A stretch of 64,000 nucleotides of DNA from Owenia fusiformis (Eukaryota), in the NCBI GenBank assembly GCA_903813345.2, contig CAIIXF020000001.1:20212001-20276000 (forward strand), in the 5' to 3' direction. Position numbers and translations under genes: made by a program. Of the stretch, positions 26,501 through 38,500 are shown one piece after another; the first letter of the stretch is position 1; every line of letters begins with the position of its first letter. Below the pieces are notes generated by a model. It had not been told where the DNA came from. It worked only from the letters and a program-made list of their open reading frames with translations, and searched no databases.

Positions 26501-29500
26501 TTCCTGAAAAGGAAAGGCAAGCTATATATTTCCTTAACTGATCTAGACTACCGGAGCGTTTCCAATTCACTGTGTTAACCAGATCGGAGCGTTTCTTGAA
26601 TATGAGAATGTCATCATTTTTAAGACTGGATTTTCGGTCATCAAATCACTATTAGGATAATGTATGGTGCGTTGAAGCATTGGAATTTGACTAAAATATA
26701 CGTTGGTGCTCTAATCTTGGCTCAACTAATTACATGTATCGACAAAAGGGGTTTTGACCGGTAGAATGACAAATACGTTTTTGAATTTTGATAACTATAC
26801 TGCTTCGTACAGCTCTTCCTAATTGCTTCAAACGTCAACAGCCAGCCACGTACAACATGAATATCACACCCATCGAATGGTATACTCGAAATATGTAACT
26901 CATACCTCTTATTTCCATTATTGGGGAACTTGTCAGACGGCTCATCATTCCCGCCAGACAGTTTTCCTACTCCGGAGCGTTTCTTTGTTTAATTTCAGTA
27001 ATGAAACGCTCCGTCGTGCATGTAGGAGCGTTTGGGTTATACACCGTGGTAAAGGGGAACAACTGATTTGAAATTTGAATGCAGTAAATAAGCAATCTGA
27101 CTGGTCGAGATTATGGGTGAATTCTAAATACATTCAAGAAATAAATGTATTTTTAAAAAAAACTCCTAGATGATGGTTAAAGGGTTAAAACATTGAAAGG
27201 CGGAACTGAACTGGAAACTGTGTATTGGGGAGAAAACTTCAGGTACATGACCATGCAAAGGATGTCTGAAGCGTTGGTTGCTTTATCTGGGCTGTTAAAT
27301 ACTTTGGGGTACAGTTTTTGAGACACTCTATTTGATAAATGAATGATAAACATCTGCTTAAGAGTTCCAAATATGGTTTTTCAGATAACTCCTCTTAGGG
27401 AAGCTTTAGAGACATGCAAATCTGATAATATAAAGATGGCCAACTCTTTAGATGGTGTGATGCATTCTAACAGGCAACTACAGGTCAAACTTCACAAACT
27501 TGAAGATGAATTAGCAAAGAAAACTTATCAATTGGAAGATACAATAAGTGCAAGGTAATGTATGATGTATGATATTTTTCTTTCTTGGCCATTTTTGTCA
27601 AATCTCAGATATCTCATAGTATTAAATGTTTGAAATTTATTATTTCTTTATATTTCCATGTTTTCTGACAACTTGTTAGCTACAATTATTGCTAAGGATA
27701 TAAATATTAGCTAGCTATTCAGGAGACATCTAACTTGAAATTTTACCATAATTTTTTAAAATAAAATAGTCTAAAAATCCTCAATTTTGTATTTCAGAAA
27801 AAATGAACAAGACACAATGAAACAGGAGATTTGTAGTTATGAAGAAAGGATGACTGCCTTAAAACAACAACTAAATAAAGACAGAGATAAATCACTCAAG
27901 AAAACTAACAAAGAAGTTGTTGAGGTATAGTATTGAAATCCTGTTGCTTGAACTTATTTTTATTATGTCACCAAAAGTGGCGACATATTGTTATAAAGTT
28001 CCCAACTTTTTTGTGAACTGAGTTCGGCGGTTGGTGTTCAGTGTTTGGAGTTTTGTGTCTAACAAATGGTGACATTTTGCATGTTAATGTCTTGTTTAAT
28101 ATTCTTATGATAGGTTGATCCTTGGAATTTTGTTAATGTGAATGATCTTGTAGATGTCTGGAGATCTTCCAACCCTGATAAAAAGAGTTACACTTGGTCA
28201 AGGAATAATCCCTTTATTGCACGAAGAATTGACTACATTTTTGTCAATAACAGTCTCAGTAACAACATTATTGAATCTGATATTATACCATGTTCAAATA
28301 CTGATCATATGGGTACTACAGTCTCTATAAAAGAGCAAAACTCGGACAGAGGTACAGGATTTTGGAAGCTAAACAATGAAATTTTAAAAAACCAAGAATA
28401 TGTATCAATGATAAACAAACTAATTGATGACACTGTTAACTCATATAAAAATGTAGTCAACGATCAAATTTTATGGGATACATGTAAATGTGTTATTAGA
28501 GATGCAAGTATAAGATTTAGCAAAACTCGTGCTTCTAGAGAAAAATGTGGGTTAAAACAGATTGAAATAGAGCTAAAATTGGCACAAGATAAACTAGTAA
28601 ATGAACAAAATGCGCAAAATATTAATAGAGTTCAACAGTTACAAGTAAAATATGATATTCAGACAAATAAGAAAGCTAAAGGGGCACAATTAAGATCAAA
28701 AGTTAAATGGGTAGAACGAGGTGAACTGAATACAAACTATTTCTTATCATTAGAGAAAAGTCATGGAAAAATGAAAGCCATTGAAGTGTTAGAGGATGAT
28801 GGGGTATATACAAGCTCTATGAGTGAAGTTATGGAAAAACTGTTTAAATATTACAGTGAAATGTATAAGGAAAATGGGGATATTATTTATACGTTAGATG
28901 ATTTTGCGATAGACCTTGAAATGCCATCTTTAGATGATAATGACAAATTAAAATGTGAAGGTTTGATTAATGAACATGAATGTGCACAAGCTATTAAACA
29001 AATGAAATCTGACAGTAGTCCAGGGATTGATGGATTAACATCTGCCTTCTACAAAATGTTTTGGACGAAAGTAAAAAGCTTAGTAGTTAATTCATTAAAT
29101 TATGGGTTTCAGACAGGGCAACTTTCTAGCAGTCAAAGGAAAGGAATAATAGTATTAATACTTAAAGGCAAAAATATTCCAAGAAATCGTTTAAAATCAT
29201 TCAGGCCTATATCATTAACTTGTTGTGACTATAAAATAGGGGCAACTGTGTTGGCCAACAGACTGCAGACTGTAATCAAAAAATTGGTTGAAAGTGACCA
29301 GAATGCATATTTGAAGGAAAGGGGTATACATCTAAACTTAAGATTGATAGATGACATAATGAATTACGTTTATAATGATGACATTGAAGGTATTATGGTC
29401 GCTCTTGACTATTCACGGGCGTTTGATTCTATTTCTAAGAAGTATGTTTATAAAGTTGTTGAAAAATTCAATTTTGGTCCTGAATTTCAAAGATGGATAG

Positions 29501-32500
29501 AAATTTTCACAAAAAATACACAGTCAACAGTCTCTAATAATGGATTATTCACAAAATTTTTCAATTTAGATCAAGGTTTGAGGCAAGGTTGTCCACTAAG
29601 TTCATTACTTTTTATATTATCAACAGAAATCTTTGCTTGCAAAATTCGTCAAAATCAAAATGTGAAAGGAATTAAAATTCAAAACTGTAATACTGAAATT
29701 AAGTTAACAAGCTATGCAGATGACACAACCCTCTTTGTTAAAGATTTGCAATCGTTAGAGCATACTTTAGATGATACAAACAAATTTTACTTAACATCGG
29801 GACTCAGACTTAACTTGGAAAAAACAAAAGCAATGTGGATCGGAAGAAATAAAAATAATATTGAAAAGCATTTAGGAATCTGCTGGGAAGTAGGTGAAAA
29901 TGCTAAAATAAAAATACTGGGGACATACTTTTCAAACCACAAACCAGCAAATTTAATAGAATCAAATTGGACTGAAAAAATTGATAAGATGGAATGTTTA
30001 ATGAAAAATTGGAGTAAACGCAACTTGTCACTGGTTGGTAAAGTCTGTGTTGTTAAAAATTTGATTGCATCACAATTGTTGCATATGTTAATGGTTTTTA
30101 AATGTCCAGACAAATATTTAAAACAGGTCAATTCAAAAATACACAAATTTATATGGAGTAAATCTGGTAAAGGTTCAGAAAAAATAAAACGTAAAGTGTT
30201 GAGACAGCCTTACTTAAAAGGTGGAATCAACATGGTTGATATATTTGTTAATCAAGAGGCATTTATTATGTCCTGGGTCAGGCGTTTTATTGAGGATGAA
30301 AACTCAAATTGGAAAAACATGAGTAAAATGATGTTATCAAAGATTGGATTTGATTTCAGTATTTTTCATTTCAATTCAGACTTAAAATTTATAAAACCTC
30401 AAATTATTTGGGGGAATACAACCATCTTCTATGAATTCCTTTTGAAAACTTGGTTCAAATATAAAACATGTGATGATGTCATATTTGATAATAGCTATAT
30501 TTGGAATAATCTAAACATAACTTACAAGGGAAAAGTTATATTTTTTAAAAATTGGAAAAATGCAGGTATCAATTTGGTAAATGATGTACTGGACAATCAA
30601 CAGAAACTAAAGAATATAAATATCTTCAAACAAATGATGCCTAACAATGCAGCTATCACGCTTGAATATCTTGTCATTCAAAATGCATTGAAAAACAAGA
30701 CAATTGCACTTGGTCAGAATAAAAGATTGTACAATAATATCATTATAAAAATATCAAAGTCGAAAGATTATAAACAATTAATTATTAAAAAAGAAAATAT
30801 CATACCAGGAGCTTGTCAACGATGGAATAATGAATATCAAAATATTAATTGGTCTGATCATGGGCTTTCAACTAGAAGGGTATGCAACTCTATGTAATAA
30901 CATGAGACCTTCAAAATGAGCAATGACATGCTTCCCTTTTATGACAATATTTCAAAAAGTATTCGATAAATGTATAATGTTTAAGTATTATTTTGAATAA
31001 AAATCAATTTTTAATATGATTTAAGCATAAAATATATTCAATATCATATAAAAGTAAACAAAAGAGACCAATAAGAATAAGAGTTATCAAGATGTTCTCT
31101 TTGAGTATTGCATTGTGGGTAATTATTCAAGAACACATTCCAATAAAAACATAATTTGTGGGAGAATGTTCACTTTCTGTATTGTCATAATTATGATGAA
31201 TTCCAATTTTTATTAAATTATCAAGATGTATGTAGAAGATCATGTTTTTATTTTTGAGTTATTTCTTTTAATCATCAATAAAAAGTACAAAATAAAATTT
31301 TCTTGGAATGTGTACATTCTCCAATTTTGAAAACCCATGGCAATGTTTATGTATGAAATATGGGAAGTTGCCTACCCTTCTAGTTGAAAGCCCATGGTCT
31401 GATATTTGGAAAATGATTCAAAATATTACTGAACCGAGATTAAAGAGCTTACAGTACAAAATATTGCATAGGGTATATCCCACAAATATTCATCTATTTA
31501 AATGGAAAATTGAAGGGACAAACTCAAACAATTGTAAATTTTGCAGAAATGAAGAAGACTCATATGCTCATTTCTTCATCTCTTGTAAAAAGGTAAAACA
31601 TATATGGAAAGAAATAATGAACAAAATAAATGCAAAATTTGGATGCTCTATAAAATTAACAGAAATGGAAATTTTGCTTAAATATACAAATAAGAAAAAA
31701 TATATTGAGAATTATGTAAATAATATTGTATTAATAACAAAAAACTGTATTAGCAAGTATAAATATGGTCAACATCCAAATTTAGAATACTTATTAGAAC
31801 AAGAGCTATATATAAGAAAAGTCATGTGAAATTATTGTGTACTATATGTATGTAAAAATATTGTATAACTGTACTTGATAAACTGAAATAAAAAAAAAAA
31901 AAAGAAAAAAAAAAAAAAAAAAAAGTTGATTTTGGGCCAGTTGTATTCAGATTATTCAGGCTTTGAGTTTGTTTGTGTTCATCAGTAGAAAGGCGACTTT
32001 GATCTCAGCTTGGATCCCACTATAATTGACCCATTCTGGATTCATAGCCATGGGATTTGCTTGGATGGTGACTGGAGGAGCTAATAACCACCCTCCATGT
32101 GTAACCATGCTTAACCATCTCTATTTGTAATGTCACCATCAAGAAGTGGTAACATAATGTTACACACAACATTTTTGTGACTAGCAGTATTGGTGTTTGA
32201 CATCTGTAATTGTAACACCTTTTAAAGTTCAACAAGATGATGACATTTTGTCATGTACATGTTTTTTACTCTGTTACTATATTATAATCCATTTTTTGGC
32301 TTGTAGGTGAAGAGGCAGCTAGATGAACTGTGTAGTAAAAATGGGGATCTCTCTCGCGCTAATACTGAGTTACGCCATAAAATTACAGAGTTAGAATACC
32401 TCATTCGCAATGATAAGGAGAGAATAAACAAACAGAAGGCACAATTAGAACATTTAAACAAAGTTAGGAAACAGCAAGAAGATTCTCTCAAAACATATAA

Positions 32501-35500
32501 GGTAATAAGTTTCTTTCAAATATGCACATTCAAGGTAATAACTCAGATTTGTGTTTCTTTTTTAGAGAATTATAATGTATCCACAATGTTCTAAAGTCCA
32601 TTTTTAAAAGACTACTGATAATGACTTTAAGTTTTTCAAAAACTGCTGAAAGATGATTTAGTGTCACCGCCAGAAGTGGTAGCATATTGTTGGTCTCAGA
32701 CTTTTTGTGGATGGTGTTCGGCAGTCAGCATCTGTAAACAAATGACAAGTGGTGCCATTTGCATGTTCCTTGTTAAAGACTTTATGATGATTATTTGAGG
32801 TTTTTCAAAGATTTCTGTCCTGTGTAGTCATGTAAGCTGTCAATAATTCAGTGTCTGATTGGAAACTTATCTTATTAAGTTGAGGGTGGTAGAGTTTGGT
32901 ATAAGAAAATTTTCCATCTTATGTCATAAGTCAATATTTGGAAGTAATGTAAAGTACTTGTAATGTAGCTAACCATTTAGATTGATACATTTAAGAAACA
33001 CAAAATTAATATATTCATGTTTCATAATGATGATTTCAATAAAACTCAAAACTCATATTATGTAATCAAATGGGATTCATTGAAAGGAGTTGGGTAAACT
33101 AGCAACAGAGAGTGCCCCAATTGAAGTGTGAAAAAACTTTTTTTAAGAATAGGAGAAAAAAACATCAGAAATGCAAAGATTGCAGTCTATATTTTTGGGT
33201 AGTATTTTTAAAAAAAATTAGAAAAATTGTTACGGTGTCTGGAGACCTTCAAAGAGGGTGGGGGCCAGAAGGAAAAAAATTCACATATTTTGCAACCCTC
33301 TTGATGAATTCCAATTTACTCAGCTATAAATGAATGTTTTTGATTTATCTGTCCAGGATTATGTAAATATATATTTATTTGATCCATACATACAATTGAT
33401 TTAAATACAGTTTAGAGGTAAGTAAAGCTTTGAAAGGACATTTCATGCTGAGTCTGGGTGACATTTTTATTCACTGGAGGTAGTAATCCTTTGAGTGTTT
33501 TCACATAGAGCATAACAAGTCTCCACTCTAATAAGTGCTTCTTTAGTTACATAAATGTTATATTGTTGCATACAAAGAATAATTTTGATGGAGACTTATT
33601 ATGCGCGATGTGAATTTTAGAACTTTATAGAAAATTTTGCCTGCCATTTTTGTTGATTATTCAAAATGGCCAAATGCTATTCATGCTGCATATGTAGGAA
33701 GCAGGTAAATTCTCCTAGAAAACGGAGAAAGGTTACACAAGATTTAGCTTCACAAGTCAAGAATGCCAAAGTTGGACGGATAATATGCAATAACTGTCGT
33801 CTAGATTCAAAACGAACCAACCATAACTGTCATTTGGTATATAGGCTTCGCTAAGCACGAGGGTTACAAAGCCAAAGAAAAACCTCTGCAAGGGCATTAT
33901 AAAATTTTAGATGCTAAAATACCTGAAACATCAAGTGGTTATATGTGCACAACATCTGAATCAGGTAGTTCAAGTGATGATGAGTAAAACTAATCAGAAA
34001 ATGTTTCATTGTTATTTCATTATAATCCAATGATGAAATGTGTTGAGATTTTAGATGTTTTTCACCTTTTAGGTGATCTCCAAGAAGTGATTATCTCCGT
34101 TATCTGTACTTACTGTTTCCTAGACATTATCAGAATGATTGATAATAAACTTAATAGTTGCTTTAAAATTATGTTGAATAATATCATTATGTTGAATTAT
34201 AATATATACAGTGTGTGTGTTTAGTGTGTGGTTTTTAGCATACCCTATGTCGCTAACAGGAAGCAGGACATATTTCTCATAAAAAATAAACATTACTTTA
34301 CGAGTCAAATTATGAAATGTACATTCTGAATTTAAATGAATTAAAAATAATAAAGTATTTTCATTATTTTAGGTACTTTTGTTCTCTTTCAGTGTGCGTG
34401 GGAAGGGCGGAATATATTAATATAAATATCTCATTATTGGCAAATTGCCAATTTACTATATATTGTAATTCCAACCTCTATGAGACTAAATTCCTACAGA
34501 TATTTGTGATATTTTAACCAAAAAGGTATATTTTTGTAGAAAATAATGAATTTTTTTAATTTGACCTTGACCTGGGGAATATGACCTTGACCTAAATTTT
34601 CATACATTTTTGAAACACATATATCACATAGATTAATAAAATAAAGAGAAAACTTGAAAATCAGGTGGGGCTTAAAATGGCCTTGTTTACCCAACTCCTT
34701 TCAACATTTCCAGATTAGGTTTTATCATATAGGTTGTTGGGGTCAGTGGCTTAATTTATTTAATTTTACAGCAGACATTAAACTATTGAGCATTCGAGTT
34801 CTATTTGGAAGGTCGAGAGTTGATTTTCAATTGAGCCGGAGTGACTTTTTAACATCAGCCCATAGTGTAGGATTTGATTCTATGTTTCAAAGAAATTGTT
34901 GAGGATTTTCCTCATTTTATATGTACTGATTCCAGTTGTACTAACTAATTGTTTTAATTGTAAATATATTTGTTTCCATGCAAAAATAACATTTACATTA
35001 ATACATGTAATATTAAAGTGGTTCAGTGCCTATTTTTGACCCTGAAATACCCCAACAGTTTCATAATACTCTTCAATATGCACAAACCTTCTATTTATAT
35101 TAAAGCTTAAAAATAATTCAAAAACTATGTGAGGATGTCTTATCAAACTGATAAGTACAGGTAAGATGCAGGTTTGTATTTTTGTCAGAGTAAGACACTC
35201 AACCATATTTTTGATTGTTTTCAGAGCTTGAGCAATGAGATTGATGAGCTAGAGAGAGCAAAGCAAGAATATATCAAAAAGAATGAAGACCAGGTAGGCC
35301 ACATTTCAATTTTCAGAATATATCAAGAAGAATGAAGATCAGGTAGGCCACATTTCAATTTTCAGAATATATCAAGAAGAATGAAGATCAGGTAGGCCAC
35401 ATTTCACTTTTCAGAATATATCAAGAGGAATGAAGACCAGGTAGGCCACATTTCAATTTTCAGAATATATCAAGAGGAATGAAAACCAGGTTAGTCATAT

Positions 35501-38500
35501 TTCACTTTTCAGAATATATAAAGAAGAATGAAGACCAGGTAGGCCACATTTCAATTTTCAGAATATATCAAGAAGAATGAAGACCAGGTAGGCCACATTT
35601 CAATTTTCAGGCCAACCAAAATCATAGAATTATACATTATGCATAGATTTTTCATAACAATATTTAGATTGTGTTGGAACAATAGTTAAATTGGCTTTAA
35701 TTGAGAAGATGCTATTTATATGCAAGGGTCCTTTATAGTGAGATCACAGTGGCAAACACCCATGTATTAAGAATTCTTTATTCCCAAGTTGCACATGTTA
35801 CATCTATCTTAACTGTAAAATCAATATAGAAATATATCAAGCTATAAAAATAATTCAATAGGATTAGACAAAAGTCATGGTATATATAGATAAATAATTT
35901 TAAGTTTTGGTACTGGGTTATTGAAATGAATATGATGCAATAAAAACATGTAGAAAATTACTTGTATACAGTATATATGTAAAAATCTAGCCATCCATAT
36001 TATATCTGTGAATATAATTCCACATTTGCACGGATAAACCTTGTAACCCTCAAATATTGCAAATAATCAACATAGGTGGTTTTTATACAAGGTGAAAGGA
36101 GGGTGTGGCATCATGATTGCATTATAGAAAAGTAACAACTGTATCATGATCCACATAATCTGGTGTCTCAACCACAGCTGCTTTATGGTCTACATAACCT
36201 GTTGATTTCGCCACATCTGTGCTATGATCTACACAACCTTGTGTCAGAGCCACATCTTTTTTATGATCCATATAGCCAAGATTCAGAATCGCAGCATTAT
36301 GGTCCACATAGCTTGGGGTTTGTGGCCCATTTTTGTCAATGTAATCTTGATTCTTTTTCACATTTTCATTATGATCAACATAGTCTGGGTGTTGGTCATC
36401 TGAAACAGATGACGTAATATTCTGACTGGTATGAGACTGAGTGTTTTGATTTGGTATTTCATTTTCAAAACAATCATGCTTGGCATCACTTTGAATTTTG
36501 GTATTTGGTAGTTCATTCTCAACATAGCCTGTGTCAGGGTTAAGGGAAAATTCATGCTTGGCATCAATTTGAGTTTTGGTATTTGGTAATTCATTTTCAA
36601 CATAGCCTGTGTCAGTGTTTAGGGAAAATTCATGCTTAGAATCATTTTGAGTTTTGGTATTTGGTAATTCATTTTCAACATAGCCTGTGTCAGCGTTTAG
36701 GGAAAATTCATGCTTAGAATCATTTTGAGTTTTGGTATTTGGTAATTCATTCTCAACACAGTCTGTGTCAGTATTAAGTAAAAAGTCATGCTTGGCATCA
36801 CTTTGACTTCTGATATTTGGTAATAATTTATTTTCAACATAGCCTAGGTCAGGGTTCAAAGAAAATTCATGCTTGGCATCACTTTTGGTATTTTGTAATT
36901 CATTTTCAACATAGCCTGTGTCAGGTTTAAGAGAAAATTCATGCTTGGCATCACTTTGAGTTTTGGTATTTGGTAATTTTTTTTCAACATAGCCTGTGTC
37001 AGGTTTAAGAGAAAATTCATGCTTGGCATCACTTTGAGTTTTGGTATTTGGTAGTTCATTTTCAACATAGCCTGTGTCAGGTTTAAGAGAAAATTCATGC
37101 TTGGCATCACTTTGAGTTTTGGTATTTGGTAATTCATTTTCAACATAGCCTGTGTCAGGTTTAAGAGAAAATTCATGCTTGGCATCACTTTGAGTTTTGG
37201 TATTTGGTAGTTCATTTTCAACATAGCCTGTGCCAGGGTTAAGAGAAAATTCATGCTTGACATCACGTTGAGTTTTGGTATTTGGAAGTTCATTTACAAC
37301 ATAGCCTGTGTCTGGGTTAAGAGAAAATTCATGCTTGGCATCACTTTGAGTTTTGGTATTTGGTAGTTCATTTTCAACATAGCCCGTGTCAGTGTTAAGA
37401 GAAAATTCATGCTTGACATCACGTTGAGTTTTGGCATTTGGTAGTTCATTCTCAACATAGCCTGTGTCAGGGTTAAGAGAAAATTCATGCTTGACATCAC
37501 GTTGAGTTTTCGTATTTGGTAGTTCATTCTCAACATAGCCTGTGTCAGGGTTAAGAGAAAATTCATGCTTGGCATCACTTTGAGTTTTGCTATTTGGTAA
37601 TTCATTTTCAACGTGACCTGTATCAGGGTTTATTGCTTGTTTAACATTCACTTTTGCTTTGGGCTTTGATCCATTTTTACTTGTTTCAGGGTGAATGGGT
37701 TTCCCAGTACAGGGTTGACGACATTCATTTGAACCTATTTGAATCACATAACCATTGTCATTCACTAGTCCAGGAAGGTTTGCCATCAATTCATGCTCAG
37801 GTTTAATCGCTGTAATGGCTCTGCTATCATTGTGATTCAGTTTGTCATTGTCAATTGAAATGTCTGTCATTTCAGTTGATGCACCAAATTTAGAGTTTTC
37901 CTGAAAATACACCAATACTGTTCTTTACAAAATATGACAATATATTTCCTATTTGATTCCTCTAAATATATTTGAAAACTGAGATATGCCTCACATTTGA
38001 AAAAGTTAACATTTTGTTATGTCACCACCACAAGAGTTTGTCATTCGGCATCTATAATAAATGGCAGTTGGTGATGACATTTTGCATTTTAATGCCTTGT
38101 TCTCGTTTATCATGTTCATGTGATTAATGAAGGTTTGAATAAAGAGAAATGTGTAAGTGTTTATGAGAGGGGAATAGCAGTTGATGTACTTGACACTTCC
38201 TATACATGAGGAAAACAGTTCCTACCATTATGCTTTGATTGATATGATATTTTAAATGTTCTAACTCAGTTGATCACTCTCTTAGGTGTCACTGGGGGGC
38301 ATATCCCAATCTTGACCTCTAAGAAACAAGTGAAGAACAGATTCTTACCATTGGTCTGTGGTCAGTCTCTGGAATTGTCTGATAGTAATTCCCTATAATG
38401 ACTGTTGGATACTCTAATGTGCCACTACATGTGGGATTTGTTGTAGGGGAGGTGAAATAAGGAACCTGAAAATGATTATGTTAAAATTATAAATTTTGGA

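Noticed and set aside
36163-37611. Alternative-frame ORFs over the repeat exon
   Set aside because: By-products of a 78-bp periodic sequence. Only one frame stays open throughout and connects to upstream exons.
36470-37630. YVEN as a Grb2-binding motif
   Set aside because: Grb2 SH2 needs Asn at pY+2, and here Asn is at +3. The binding partner is left unassigned.
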